Assembly: GCA_016284265.1 (NCBI GenBank)
Contig: JAEEOM010000076.1
Span: 4,522 to 68,521, forward strand
Origin: Bacteroidales bacterium
Lineage (GTDB): Bacteria; Bacteroidota; Bacteroidia; Bacteroidales; UBA932
Length of the DNA stretch: 64,000 nucleotides
Direction: 5' to 3'
Below the pieces are notes generated by a model that worked only from the letters and a program-made list of their open reading frames with translations, was not told where the DNA came from and did not search any database. Below are positions 17,732 to 27,149 of this stretch, piece by piece; within the stretch, counting starts at the first letter, position 1; each line of letters begins with the position of its first letter. The translations under genes and the position numbers were made by a program.

Positions 17732-18091
17732 CTATCGGTTGCCGTAAGGTGCTTGGTCCTCCTGAAGCAGGCGGACAATTGCGGTATTGATATATTCGTT
17801 GATGGTAAAACCGTTTGCCGCCGCTTTTGCTGCGACTTGCGCGTGTATTTCGGAGGGCATTCTCAAGTTCAGCTTCCCGCTATAGGGCTTCTCCGGTTCG
17901 ATCCCGTCTGCCTGGCAAGCCTCCAGATACGAATCCACGCCGGCCTGAAAATCCTGCCGCAATTCGTCGAGCGACATCCCCTCATAGAGAATCAGGGACT
18001 TACGTATTCCCTGCACTTTCCCGTGCAAACAATCATCCTGCAGGCTGTATTCCACAGAACCTTTATAGCCTTTGTACTCCAGGTAATCCAT
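17732..18091 (-). CDS. hicB: type II antitoxin HicB (RHH C-terminal domain)
   Basis: 119 aa: MDYLEYKGYKGSVEYSLQDDCLHGKVQGI... and a C-terminal ribbon-helix-helix segment GKLNLRMPSEIHAQVAAKAAANGFTINEYINTAI. 1-nt gap after hicA. Confidence 0.85.
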   Translation of the reverse strand: MDYLEYKGYKGSVEYSLQDDCLHGKVQGIRKSLILYEGMSLDELRQDFQAGVDSYLEACQADGIEPEKPYSGKLNLRMPSEIHAQVAAKAAANGFTINEYINTAIVRLLQEDQAPYGNR

Positions 18092-18092
18092 T

Positions 18093-18347
18093 TTAAATTA
18101 AATTATTGTTCTTCAAATGATTATAAACAGCTTTCATCATCCATTGCCGCATCGTGTTTCCGGGATGAGGACGATGGATGTCGATATAGATGCCCACATC
18201 TTTTCTGAAGCGTATGCGAGAACCGGAGGTAGTACCTTTGTTTTCCAAGACATATCCGAATCCTGCCAATAGTGAACACATTTCTTCAAATGTGAAATCC
18301 GCTGGCATTTGTAAAAACCGTTTTCTCAGTTTCTCTTTTGAACTCAT
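18093..18347 (-). CDS. hicA: type II toxin HicA (mRNA interferase)
   Basis: The ORF was trimmed to MSSKEKLRKRFLQMPADFTFEEMCSLLAGFGYVLENKGTTSGSRIRF...HRPHPGNTMRQW (84 aa), typical of the HicA family. Toxin-first order is typical of hicAB. Confidence 0.85.
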   Translation of the reverse strand: MSSKEKLRKRFLQMPADFTFEEMCSLLAGFGYVLENKGTTSGSRIRFRKDVGIYIDIHRPHPGNTMRQWMMKAVYNHLKNNNLI

Positions 18348-18368
18348 CGCCTCAATCTTTTTCACAAA

Positions 18369-18386
18369 GGTACTAATTTTAGTACC
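18369..18386. promoter_or_regulatory. palindrome GGTACTAAttTTAGTACC upstream of hicA (candidate HicB operator)
   Basis: Perfect 8-2-8 palindrome, 22-39 nt upstream of the hicA ATG on the minus strand. Confidence 0.35.
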
Positions 18387-18403
18387 AATTTCCAAATAAA
18401 CGA

Positions 18404-18440
18404 ATCCGGCCAAGAAATCGCGGGGAAATCTTGGCCGGAT
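18404..18440 (-). terminator. hairpin downstream of gpmI (12-bp perfect stem)
   Basis: ATCCGGCCAAGA (18404-18415) pairs with TCTTGGCCGGAT (18429-18440). On the minus strand it is followed by tcgtttatttgg. Confidence 0.5.
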
Positions 18441-18467
18441 GAGGTGCACGTTCAGGCCGGGGTAACG

Positions 18468-19991
18468 TTAGATCAGCGGTTCGGCCGTCATGGCGGCGGG
18501 CTGGGGGATGCCCATCAGTTTGAGAATGGTCGGGGCGACGTTGCAGAGGGCGCCGTCCTTGACCGTCTTGACTTCATCTCCGGCGCCGATGACGATGAAC
18601 TGCACAACGTTGAGGGAGTGGGCGGTGTTGGGCGTACCGTCGGCGTTGACCGCAAAGTCGGCGTTGCCATGGTCGGCGGTCAGCAGCACCACGTAGTCTT
18701 TCGCAAGGGCTTCTTCCACCACCTTGCCGACCAGCTTGTCGATGCAGGCCACGGCACGGGTGATCGAGTTGTAAACGCCGGTATGACCCACCATGTCGCC
18801 GTTGGCGAAGTTCAGGATGATGAGGTCTTCCTTGCCGGTGCGGATGACGTCGATGAGTTTCTCGGCCACTTCGGGGGCGCTCATTTGCGGAAGCATGTCG
18901 TAGGTCGGCACTTTCGGAGAGGCTACGAGGATGCGGTCCTCGTTCTCGAACTGGGTTTCGCGGCCGCCGTTGAAGAAGAAGGTGACGTGGGCGTATTTCT
19001 CGGTCTCGGCGATGCGGAGCTGGCGCTTGCCGGCCTTGGCGACGGTTTCGCCGAGGGTGTCTTGCACCAGTTCCTTGTCGAAGAGGATGTGGACGCCGGT
19101 GAAGGAGGCGTCGTACGGAGTCAGGCAGCAGTAGTAGAGGGGAATGGTGTGCATGCCTTCCTCGGGCATATCCTGTTGCGTCAGCACGGTGGTGAGCTCG
19201 CGGGCGCGGTCGTTGCGGAAATTGTAGAAGATGATGGCGTCGCCTTCCTCGATCTTGGCCAGCGGGGCACCGGCGGCGTCGGTGACGACGATCGGTTTGA
19301 TGAATTCGTCGGTCACGTCGGCGTCGTAGGAGGCCTGGATGCCTTCGGTGGCGGAGGTGAATGCTGCGCCTTTTCCTTCGACCAGCAGGTCATAAGCTTC
19401 TTTGACGCGGTTCCAGCGCTTGTCGCGGTCCATGGCGTAGAAGCGGCCGCAGACGGAGGCTACCTTGCCGGTGGTTTCTGCCATCTTCTGCTCGAGTTCG
19501 GCGACGAAGCCCTTGCCGCTGCGCGGGTCGGTGTCGCGGCCGTCCATGAAGGCGTGGACAAACACCTTGTCCAGGCCTTGTTCTGCGGCCACGCGCAAGA
19601 ATTCATAAACATGGTTGAGGGAAGAGTGGACACCCCCATGAGAGGTAAGACCCATGAGGTGGAGTTTCTTCCCGGAAGTTTTCACGTAATTGAAGACCGC
19701 GGCGATTTCGGCGTTCTCCAGTAATTTGTGCTCGCGGCAGGCGATGTTGATCTTCACCAGGTCCTGATAGACCACGCGGCCGGCGCCCAGGTTCATGTGG
19801 CCGACTTCCGAATTGCCCATCTGGCCGTCGGGCAGGCCGACGAATTCGCCGCAAGCCTGGAGGTGGCTCATCGGGTATTTTGCACGGAGGGCGTCGATAT
19901 GCGGAGCGCCCTGGGTAAAGATCGCATTGGAATAGTCGTGGCGGCCTTCACCCCAGCCGTCGAGAATCATCAAAAGAACTTTTCTGTCCAT
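18468..19991 (-). CDS. gpmI: 2,3-bisphosphoglycerate-independent phosphoglycerate mutase
   Basis: The ORF was trimmed to [16 protein letters not shown] (ATG 19991), 507 aa. Motifs [13 protein letters not shown] and ADHGNAD. Confidence 0.95.
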   Translation of the reverse strand: MDRKVLLMILDGWGEGRHDYSNAIFTQGAPHIDALRAKYPMSHLQACGEFVGLPDGQMGNSEVGHMNLGAGRVVYQDLVKINIACREHKLLENAEIAAVFNYVKTSGKKLHLMGLTSHGGVHSSLNHVYEFLRVAAEQGLDKVFVHAFMDGRDTDPRSGKGFVAELEQKMAETTGKVASVCGRFYAMDRDKRWNRVKEAYDLLVEGKGAAFTSATEGIQASYDADVTDEFIKPIVVTDAAGAPLAKIEEGDAIIFYNFRNDRARELTTVLTQQDMPEEGMHTIPLYYCCLTPYDASFTGVHILFDKELVQDTLGETVAKAGKRQLRIAETEKYAHVTFFFNGGRETQFENEDRILVASPKVPTYDMLPQMSAPEVAEKLIDVIRTGKEDLIILNFANGDMVGHTGVYNSITRAVACIDKLVGKVVEEALAKDYVVLLTADHGNADFAVNADGTPNTAHSLNVVQFIVIGAGDEVKTVKDGALCNVAPTILKLMGIPQPAAMTAEPLI

Positions 19992-20044
19992 ATTTTTCGT
20001 ATCTTTGTTAATCATGGTTGGTAGCGTGCAAAAATAAGGAATAT

Positions 20045-22117
20045 ATGGCAATATCGAATCGCAAGAAAGGGAAAAAAGTGAAGTACACCGTCCGGGAGGG
20101 TGCGCTCAAGCGGGCCAAGCGACTGGCCCGGGGGGAACAGGAGCCGGCCCCAGTGCGGGAACGTCGCTCCAAGTCTGTAGAGGAGTTTGAAGGAATCGTT
20201 TCACTGTCGCGCGACGGCTTTGGCTTCGTCAAAGTCGAGGGGCGTCCGGAAGACATCTTCATCCCGATGCGCAAACTGCATTTCGCGCTGAACGGTGACT
20301 TCGTGAAAATCGAAGTATCCAAGCGTCGGGTCCAGGCCGGGGCGAAAGGCCGCAGCCTGGAAGGCGAAGTGGTCAAGATCATCCGGCGAAGCGACAAGCC
20401 GCATATCGGTATCCTGGTCGTGCGTGGCCGTCAGGTCTGGGCCATTGTGGAAGGCAAGAACATGCCTTATGACATACGGATTGACAGCGGTCCCGACCAG
20501 TTGCCTGAAATCGGCGGCAAGCAGGCCGCCAACGGCATCAAGGTGGCGGTGCTGGTGACCGACTGGCCCAAGCGCAGCCTCGAACCGGTGGGCCGGATTG
20601 TCGATGTGCTCGGCGTTCCGGGCGAAAACGACACCGAGATGCACGCTATCCTGGCCGAATACCAGTTGCCCTACCGCTTCGAGCCGGAAGTGGAGCAGGC
20701 AGCCGACAAGATTCCTGACGCCATCACCCCGAAAGAACTGGCGGGACGCCGGGATTTCCGCGACATAACCACGTTTACCATCGACCCGGCCGACGCCAAA
20801 GACTTCGACGACGCCCTTTCGTACCGCAAACTGGAGAACGGGAATGTGGAGGTCGGCATCCACATCGCCGACGTGACACACTATGTGACGCCCGGCTCGC
20901 CGCTCGACAAGGAAGCCTTCGCCCGTGGCACTTCGGTCTATCTGGTGGACCGTACTATCCCGATGCTGCCGGAAAAACTTTCCAACAAACTTTGTTCGCT
21001 GCGTCCGCATGAAGATAAGCTGACCTTCAGTGCCGTTTTCGAAATGAACGCCAAGGCCAAGGTCATCGGGCAGTGGTTCGGCCGGACAGTTATCAATTCG
21101 GACTACCGGTTCGACTATGAGCAGGCCCAACAGATCATCGAAACGAAGGAAGGGCCGCTGGCTGCTGAGATGCTTGATCTGCATGCCCTGGCAGCCATTC
21201 TGCGCAAGCAGCGCTTTGACAAGGGCGCCATTTCCTTTGAACGGCCCGAGATGAAGGTGCTCGTGGATGAGACAGGCAAGCCGGTCGATGTCATCCAGAA
21301 AGAAAGTAAGGAGAGCAACTGGCTCATCGAGGAATTCATGCTGCTGGCCAACCGTTGCGTGGCGGAGTATGCCACCAAGAAATGCAAGGCCAAGAATCCG
21401 ACCTTCGTTTACCGAATCCACGAGAACCCTGATCCCGAGAAACTCGACAGCCTGCGCAGCTTCGCCAAGAATTTCGGTCATAAACTGGGCGATACCTCTG
21501 ATCCGAAGCAGGCAGCTACGGCGCTCAACACACTGATGCAGGAAGCCAAGGGCAAGCCGGAGGAGAATGCATTGCAGCTGCTGGCCCTGCGCAGCATGGC
21601 CCGGGCGCGCTACTCCACAGACAACGTAGGACACTACGGATTGGCATTCCCGTTCTATACCCACTTTACTTCGCCCATCCGCCGTTATCCCGACATCATG
21701 GTCCATCGGTTGCTGGCGATGTATATGGACGGCGCGGCCTCCCAGGACAAACTCTATTACGAAGATTGCTGCGAACACAGCTCTGTACGGGAGCAGATTG
21801 CCACCGATGCTGAAAGAGCCTCCATCAAATATAAGATGGTGGAATTCATGCAGGACAAGATCGGCCGGATGTTCGACGGGCACATCAGTGGCCTGACGGA
21901 ATGGGGCATTTACGTGGAAGTCGAGCCGACGAAGATCGAAGGGATGATTGCGCTCCGCGACATCCACTCGGATTGGTATCAGTTTGATGAAGAGAAATAT
22001 GAAACCTTCGGCAAAGCTTCCGGCCGGGTTTTCCGGTTGGGCGACCCGGTGAAGGTCCGGGTGTTGCGCGCCAATTTGGAACAAAAAGTTTTGGATTATG
22101 AACTGGTGGAAGAATAG
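20045..22117 (+). CDS. rnr: ribonuclease R
   Basis: First ATG in the ORF is at 20045. RNB-domain motifs ([36 protein letters not shown]) and a C-terminal S1 domain. Confidence 0.93.
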   Translation: MAISNRKKGKKVKYTVREGALKRAKRLARGEQEPAPVRERRSKSVEEFEGIVSLSRDGFGFVKVEGRPEDIFIPMRKLHFALNGDFVKIEVSKRRVQAGAKGRSLEGEVVKIIRRSDKPHIGILVVRGRQVWAIVEGKNMPYDIRIDSGPDQLPEIGGKQAANGIKVAVLVTDWPKRSLEPVGRIVDVLGVPGENDTEMHAILAEYQLPYRFEPEVEQAADKIPDAITPKELAGRRDFRDITTFTIDPADAKDFDDALSYRKLENGNVEVGIHIADVTHYVTPGSPLDKEAFARGTSVYLVDRTIPMLPEKLSNKLCSLRPHEDKLTFSAVFEMNAKAKVIGQWFGRTVINSDYRFDYEQAQQIIETKEGPLAAEMLDLHALAAILRKQRFDKGAISFERPEMKVLVDETGKPVDVIQKESKESNWLIEEFMLLANRCVAEYATKKCKAKNPTFVYRIHENPDPEKLDSLRSFAKNFGHKLGDTSDPKQAATALNTLMQEAKGKPEENALQLLALRSMARARYSTDNVGHYGLAFPFYTHFTSPIRRYPDIMVHRLLAMYMDGAASQDKLYYEDCCEHSSVREQIATDAERASIKYKMVEFMQDKIGRMFDGHISGLTEWGIYVEVEPTKIEGMIALRDIHSDWYQFDEEKYETFGKASGRVFRLGDPVKVRVLRANLEQKVLDYELVEE

Positions 22118-22976
22118 TATTACGACCGGGCTTCGTGCTCTGGTGTTTTTTGTGTTTTCATGCAGTTGGGTTCAGGCGCAGCCGTCTGGAATCCTGTCTG
22201 TGGCGGAATGGACGGAGGAACCGGTGGCGGAAGGAATCGTCCTGCATCGGGCTTCTTTCTCGGGGAATCTGTTTGACACGAACCAATACTTGTGCGTCTT
22301 GGAGGTAGCGCCTGGTGCCCGGTTCGATATCGTACCGGCAGCCGACGGAACACTTGAGACCACGACGGCACTGGCGGCGCGGAGCGACGCCGTGGCGGCC
22401 GTAAACGGTTCCTTCTTCAATATGCGGGAGCCGTACGGCTCGGTCAACTACTTGCGGGTCGACGGGGCCGAAGTTTCGCCCAATGTGCTGCGCGGTGTCC
22501 GGAACAGCCGCCGCAGCCTGCAGCAGACCGGCGCTGTCGCCACCTGGCAGGGCAGCCTCTATATGCTCAAGGGAGATGTCCTTGCGCGCTGGGAACGCGA
22601 CATTGAAGCCGAAGATATCGTAACCACCGGGCCGATGCTGCTCGTCGGCGGTGAATGTGAACCGGTAGCGAAAGACGGGTTCAACACCAACCGGCATCCC
22701 CGCACGGCCGTCGGCCGCCGGCCCGACGGTACGGTGCTGCTTGTGACGGCCGATGGCCGCAGTTCACAGGCGGCCGGTCTCTCGATGACAGAACTGCAGC
22801 AAGTCATGGCTGCACTCGGTTGTAGCGACGCCATCAATCTCGACGGTGGCGGTTCTACGACGATGGTCGTCCGCGGCGCAGTCGTCAACCATCCTTGCGA
22901 CAACCGGCAGTTCGACGCCGCCGGCGAACGTTCCGTTGCCAACGCCATTATTGTCACCCGGCCGGGAACCCGATGA
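22098..22976 (+). CDS. phosphodiester glycosidase family protein (DUF2233-like), secreted
   Basis: 292 aa with a signal peptide. C-terminal DAINLDGGGSTTMV motif. Overlaps the rnr end by 20 nt. Confidence 0.7.
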   Translation: MNWWKNSITTGLRALVFFVFSCSWVQAQPSGILSVAEWTEEPVAEGIVLHRASFSGNLFDTNQYLCVLEVAPGARFDIVPAADGTLETTTALAARSDAVAAVNGSFFNMREPYGSVNYLRVDGAEVSPNVLRGVRNSRRSLQQTGAVATWQGSLYMLKGDVLARWERDIEAEDIVTTGPMLLVGGECEPVAKDGFNTNRHPRTAVGRRPDGTVLLVTADGRSSQAAGLSMTELQQVMAALGCSDAINLDGGGSTTMVVRGAVVNHPCDNRQFDAAGERSVANAIIVTRPGTR

Positions 22977-23062
22977 TTGCCGGTCACTGGCAGCCTGTGG
23001 CATTTTTCTTGTGGAATCCTATGCTCGTTATGAAAAACAAGTCTAACCAAAACAGGAAAGTC

Positions 23063-23707
23063 ATGAAAAAAACACTATCTATCTTTGTGGCAGCCATGCT
23101 GTTGCTGGCTGCGGTTCCTTCTTTTGCGCAGGTTCAGATCGGCGCCGGGTATGTCAGTTCGTCAGACCGTGTCCGGGTGTCCAACAACACGGAAGTGGAG
23201 AGCACACCCTCGAACGGCGTCTATGGCGGTGTGGGTTTTACTCTTCCGCTGGGTGGAGACCTTGCCGTCACGCCGGGAATCTATTATAGCTACCTGACCA
23301 ACCGCAGTGCCTCTTCCGTCGCTGGCGGTATCATCGCCGTGGCAGGTGAAAAAGAAGAGCACTATGTCAACGTGCCGATCCATTTCAACTACGGCGCCAA
23401 TTTCACGCCCAAGTTCCGTTTCTTCTTCTTCGGCGGTCCGGCTGTTTCGTATGGTGTCATTTCCAGAACTACCGTATCGGGATCCATCCTGGGCTTCTCG
23501 GCGAATACGGTGGTGGACAACTATCGGGATGTCAGCGGCTACGGTCGTTGGGACGTGATGGTTGGCGGCGGCATGGGCTTTGACCTGGTGAATCGTCTCC
23601 GCCTGACGGTCGGCTATGATTTCGGCTTGATGAACCGTTATATCGACGGAGGCGACTACGATCGTCACCGTCAGCAGCTACACGCCGGTCTGGCCTTCCT
23701 CTTCTGA
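23063..23707 (+). CDS. small outer-membrane beta-barrel protein (OmpA-N/OmpW-like porin family)
   Basis: The ORF was trimmed to MKKTLSIFVAAMLLLAAVPSFAQ (ATG 23063), 214 aa. Alternating amphipathic strands, aromatic C-terminus (...LHAGLAFLF). Confidence 0.7.
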   Translation: MKKTLSIFVAAMLLLAAVPSFAQVQIGAGYVSSSDRVRVSNNTEVESTPSNGVYGGVGFTLPLGGDLAVTPGIYYSYLTNRSASSVAGGIIAVAGEKEEHYVNVPIHFNYGANFTPKFRFFFFGGPAVSYGVISRTTVSGSILGFSANTVVDNYRDVSGYGRWDVMVGGGMGFDLVNRLRLTVGYDFGLMNRYIDGGDYDRHRQQLHAGLAFLF

Positions 23708-23731
23708 TCGGCCTCCTCGCCCTGCCGCCTT

Positions 23732-23850
23732 TTTTCGCTGCAACGGACGCAGCAGTAAATCAGCGGCTTACGAAAGTTGATCCCCCCGGAAAAAGAGGGG
23801 ATCACTTTTTATAATCGCCTAACTGTCAATTGCGTCCGTTGCAGCAGAAA
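23732..23850. repeat. nested-palindrome intergenic element, copy 1
   Basis: Outer arms tttcGCTGCAACGGACGCA (23732-23751) and TGCGTCCGTTGCAGCagaaa (23831-23850). Inner hairpin GATCCCC/GGGGATC (23779-23803). Homologous to 31252-31374. Confidence 0.8.
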
Positions 23851-25168
23851 GAATGCGGATGCGGGACCAGACGCTACGACGGGCAACCAGGGTGAGATAG
23901 ACAGAGCGGACTACCAGGTGGACAAAGTAGGCGATGTAGAGCGCCTGGGCACCGTAGCGGGGTGCACACAGATAGAAAGCGGCGATGAAAAGGCCAGCCG
24001 ACCAGATCATGCAGATCATCAGTGAGCGGGAGGCGGTGGCGCCTATGTAGATGCCGTCCCAGATGAAGGCCACGCAGCTGAGAACCGGCATGAGCAACAG
24101 CCAGAACAGATAGGGTTCGCTGGCGCTGATCACCTCGGCGTTGTCGGTCAGGATTCCGATGATCGACCGGGGAAAGATTGCGTAAGCCACGGTAGATACG
24201 ACGCCGATGACCGCGCCCCACAAGAAGACATATTTTACGGTCTCGTTGAGCGACGGCCGGTTCTGTTCGCCGATGAAGCGGCCGGTCAAGGCCTCGCCTG
24301 CGTAAGCAAAGCCGTCGACAAAATAGGAATAGAGCAGCAACAGGTGCATCATCACCGAACTGACGGCCAGTTCCACGTCGCCGAAGCGGGCGGCGAAAAT
24401 CGTGAAGCCTTCATAAACCACCAGCATCAGCAGGGACCGGACGAACAGGAAACTGTTGACCGAGAAGAATCGCCGGAAGTATTTCCATTTCATGCTGTGA
24501 AGGATGGTCGTTCCTTGCATCAGGTCGCGGTATTTTGATCGCATCAGCAGCAGAGCCAGCACCAGGCCCGTCCACTGTGCAATCAGCGTACCCACGGCTA
24601 CACCGCTGATTCCCAGTGGCGTATAGAACGACAGCAACCAGCTGGCCAGCATATTGACGAGATTGACCCATAGGTCGGTGATCATCGGGAAGACGGTGTT
24701 CTGCATACCGATGAACCAGCCTTTGAAAACAAACAGGGACAAGGTCGCGGGGGCGGCCCAGATCCGGATGAAGAAATAGTTGCGGGCAATCCGCTCCACC
24801 TCCGGCGAACAGTCCACCAGCAGCAGCATCGCTTCGGCAAAAAGCCACTGGATGGCCAGCACGATCATCGAAACCACCAGCGAGGTGGCGATGCCCTGGG
24901 AAAAGGTGCCGATCGAGGCCTTCATGTCGCCCCGGCCGTAAGCCTGGGCTGTGATGCCTCCTGTCCCGACCCGCAGGAATCCCATGTTCCAGTAGAGCAA
25001 GTCGAAAAGCATCGTGCCCACGGCGATGCCGCCAATCAGTGCAGCGTCGCCCAAATGGCCGGCGATGGCCGTGTCCACGATGCCGACGAGCGGCACCGTG
25101 ATGTTGGCCAGAATGCTCGGAACGGCGAGGCGGACCACTTCACGGTTGATGGGATTGCGGAAAGCCAT
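23819..25168 (-). CDS. MATE family efflux transporter
   Basis: 449 aa, 12 predicted hydrophobic helices. N-terminus NREVVRLAVPSILANITVPLVGIVDTAIAGHLG is typical of MATE/DinF-type pumps. The last ~10 codons lie inside the repeat arm. Confidence 0.85.
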   Translation of the reverse strand: MAFRNPINREVVRLAVPSILANITVPLVGIVDTAIAGHLGDAALIGGIAVGTMLFDLLYWNMGFLRVGTGGITAQAYGRGDMKASIGTFSQGIATSLVVSMIVLAIQWLFAEAMLLLVDCSPEVERIARNYFFIRIWAAPATLSLFVFKGWFIGMQNTVFPMITDLWVNLVNMLASWLLSFYTPLGISGVAVGTLIAQWTGLVLALLLMRSKYRDLMQGTTILHSMKWKYFRRFFSVNSFLFVRSLLMLVVYEGFTIFAARFGDVELAVSSVMMHLLLLYSYFVDGFAYAGEALTGRFIGEQNRPSLNETVKYVFLWGAVIGVVSTVAYAIFPRSIIGILTDNAEVISASEPYLFWLLLMPVLSCVAFIWDGIYIGATASRSLMICMIWSAGLFIAAFYLCAPRYGAQALYIAYFVHLVVRSVYLTLVARRSVWSRIRILSAATDAIDS

Positions 25169-25169
25169 G

Positions 25170-26087
25170 CTATCGGTACTTCTTTTCTTCTTCGAGCATG
25201 CCGAGATACGAACTGTAACGCTCGGGAGCGAGGGTGCCGGCTTCCAGTGCAGCCTTGACCGCGCAGCCTGGCTCGTGGGTGTGTGTGCAGGGCTTGAAGC
25301 GGCAATGGTCCATGACGCGCAGCATGTCGGGAAAATAAGTGCTCAGTTCTTCGGGAGCGATGTCCACCAGGCCGAAGCCCCGGATGCCGGGGGTGTCGAT
25401 CACAAACCCTCCGCCCGTAAGCGGATGCATCTCATAGAAGGTGGTGGTGTGCTTCCCCTGCAGGTGACTCAGCGAGATTTCGCCGATCTTCGGGTCGAGG
25501 GTCGGATCGAGGGCTTTCAGCAAGGAGGACTTGCCCACGCCGGAGGTTCCGGAGAAGAGTGTCAGGCCCTCGCGGCAGAGCGCCCGCACAGCGGCCAGTC
25601 CCGTCCCTTTGCGGGCAGAGATCTCCAATACCTCATAGCCTGCACCGCGGTAGAGGGCCTTGAAAGCGGCCAGCTGGTCCTGCAGTTCCGGTTCTGTATA
25701 GAGATCGACTTTGTTGATCAGGATGACCGGCCGGAGGCCATAGGCTTCGCAGGTCACCAGGAATCGGTCGACGAAGGCCAGTTTGGTCTCAGGCAGGATG
25801 ATGGTGACGATCAGGAAGACCCGGTCGAGGTTGGCCGCGATGATGTGGCTTTCGCGGCTCAAGTTGGTGGAGCGCCGGATCAGATAGTTCTTGCGGGGGA
25901 GGATTTTCGTGATGGTCTCGCCTTCAAATTCCACCCGGTCGCCCACGGCGACAGGATTGGTGGCCTTCGAACCGGCCAGCCGCAGCTTTCCCCGGATGAC
26001 GGCGGGGAAGGGATCCCATGCGGGCAGACAGGAGAGCAGATAATGGCTTCCCGTATGCTTGACAACCGTGGCAGTTCCTTTTTCCAT
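25170..26087 (-). CDS. rsgA: ribosome small-subunit-dependent GTPase A
   Basis: The ORF was trimmed to MEKGTATVVK (ATG 26087), 305 aa. Circularly permuted GTPase motifs (LINKVDL, FSGTSGVGKSSLL) and a C-terminal zinc knuckle CRFKPCTHTHEPGC. Confidence 0.9.
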   Translation of the reverse strand: MEKGTATVVKHTGSHYLLSCLPAWDPFPAVIRGKLRLAGSKATNPVAVGDRVEFEGETITKILPRKNYLIRRSTNLSRESHIIAANLDRVFLIVTIILPETKLAFVDRFLVTCEAYGLRPVILINKVDLYTEPELQDQLAAFKALYRGAGYEVLEISARKGTGLAAVRALCREGLTLFSGTSGVGKSSLLKALDPTLDPKIGEISLSHLQGKHTTTFYEMHPLTGGGFVIDTPGIRGFGLVDIAPEELSTYFPDMLRVMDHCRFKPCTHTHEPGCAVKAALEAGTLAPERYSSYLGMLEEEKKYR

Positions 26088-26171
26088 CGCCGCAAAGATA
26101 CAAAAGATATTGCCGGTCAAGCCGGGATTGACGCTTTTATTTCATATCTTTGTAAGATAAAAACCTCGTCT

Positions 26172-27149
26172 ATGTACACCCTTGAAGAGATCGACCGCAT
26201 CCTGGAGAACTGTTCCAAACTCCGGCATATCAAGCAGGAACCGGCCAATTTGTATGAACCGCTCGACTATATGATGTCAATCGGCGGCAAGCGCATCCGT
26301 CCCAAACTCTGCCTGCTTGCCTACAACCTGCTGAGCGACGATTTCCGCAATCCGATCGTCTTCCCGGCCATGGCCTTGGAAGTGTTCCACGAATTCACGC
26401 TCATCCACGACGACATCATGGACCGTTCCGATACCCGGCGCGGCTGCCCGACCGTTTACAGGAAGTGGAACGAGAATGTGGCGATTCTCTCGGGCGACGC
26501 GATGTCGATCCTGGCTTATAAGTACCTGGCGTATGCACCACAGACGGTGCTTCCTTCTGTCCTCGACCTTTTCTCCACCACGGCGATGCAGGTGTGCGAA
26601 GGACAGCAGTATGACATGGATTTCGAGGAGATGCCCTTCATCACCATGGAAGATTACCTGGAGATGATCGGCCTGAAGACGGCCGTGCTGCTCGCATGTT
26701 CGGCCAAAATGGGCGCTCTGATCGGCGGGGCTTCAAAGGAGGTCTGCAACGCTTTGTACGAATTCGGCTACCAGTTGGGGATCGCTTTCCAGATTACCGA
26801 CGACTATCTCGATACCTTCGGCAATGAAAAGGTTTTCGGCAAGAAGATCGGCGGTGATATCATGAACAACAAGAAGACCTGGCTGCTGGTGGAAAGTTTC
26901 CGCCGTGCGGACGGTCCCCAGAAGCAACAACTGAAGCAGTTGCTGCAAATGGACGAATCCCGGCGGGACGCCAAGGTCGAGGCGGTCAGGAACCTTTATG
27001 TCGAGCTCGGCGTGAAAGAAGCGGCCGCTTCAGAAATCCTGTCATTCCACAAAAAAGCCGTCGACGCCCTGTCCGCAGCCGGTCTTGAGCCGGGGCGCAC
27101 CCGCGTCCTCGCGCAGTTTGCCGAAGAACTCATCCATCGTGAAAAGTAA
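26172..27149 (+). CDS. polyprenyl (geranylgeranyl/long-chain) diphosphate synthase
   Basis: The real start MYTLEEIDRIL is at 26172, inside a longer spurious ORF. 325 aa. Two Asp-rich motifs, LIHDDIMDRSDTRRG and FQITDDYLD. Confidence 0.88.
   Translation: MYTLEEIDRILENCSKLRHIKQEPANLYEPLDYMMSIGGKRIRPKLCLLAYNLLSDDFRNPIVFPAMALEVFHEFTLIHDDIMDRSDTRRGCPTVYRKWNENVAILSGDAMSILAYKYLAYAPQTVLPSVLDLFSTTAMQVCEGQQYDMDFEEMPFITMEDYLEMIGLKTAVLLACSAKMGALIGGASKEVCNALYEFGYQLGIAFQITDDYLDTFGNEKVFGKKIGGDIMNNKKTWLLVESFRRADGPQKQQLKQLLQMDESRRDAKVEAVRNLYVELGVKEAAASEILSFHKKAVDALSAAGLEPGRTRVLAQFAEELIHREK

Noticed and set aside
25014-26171. The N-terminal 386 codons of the 711-aa ORF 25014-27149.
   Set aside because: This part is antisense to the MATE and rsgA genes and has shadow-frame composition. 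The recognisable polyprenyl synthase begins at MYTLEEID (26172). Similar spurious 5' extensions were trimmed from 3033-4739, 10304-11254, 16972-17664, 18093-18449, 18468-20051, 22895-23707, 25170-26120, 34574-36310, 38510-39601, 39540-40526, 41160-44006, 45141-46928, 55299-56666 and 60872-62455. Signal peptides or canonical N-termini served as guides.
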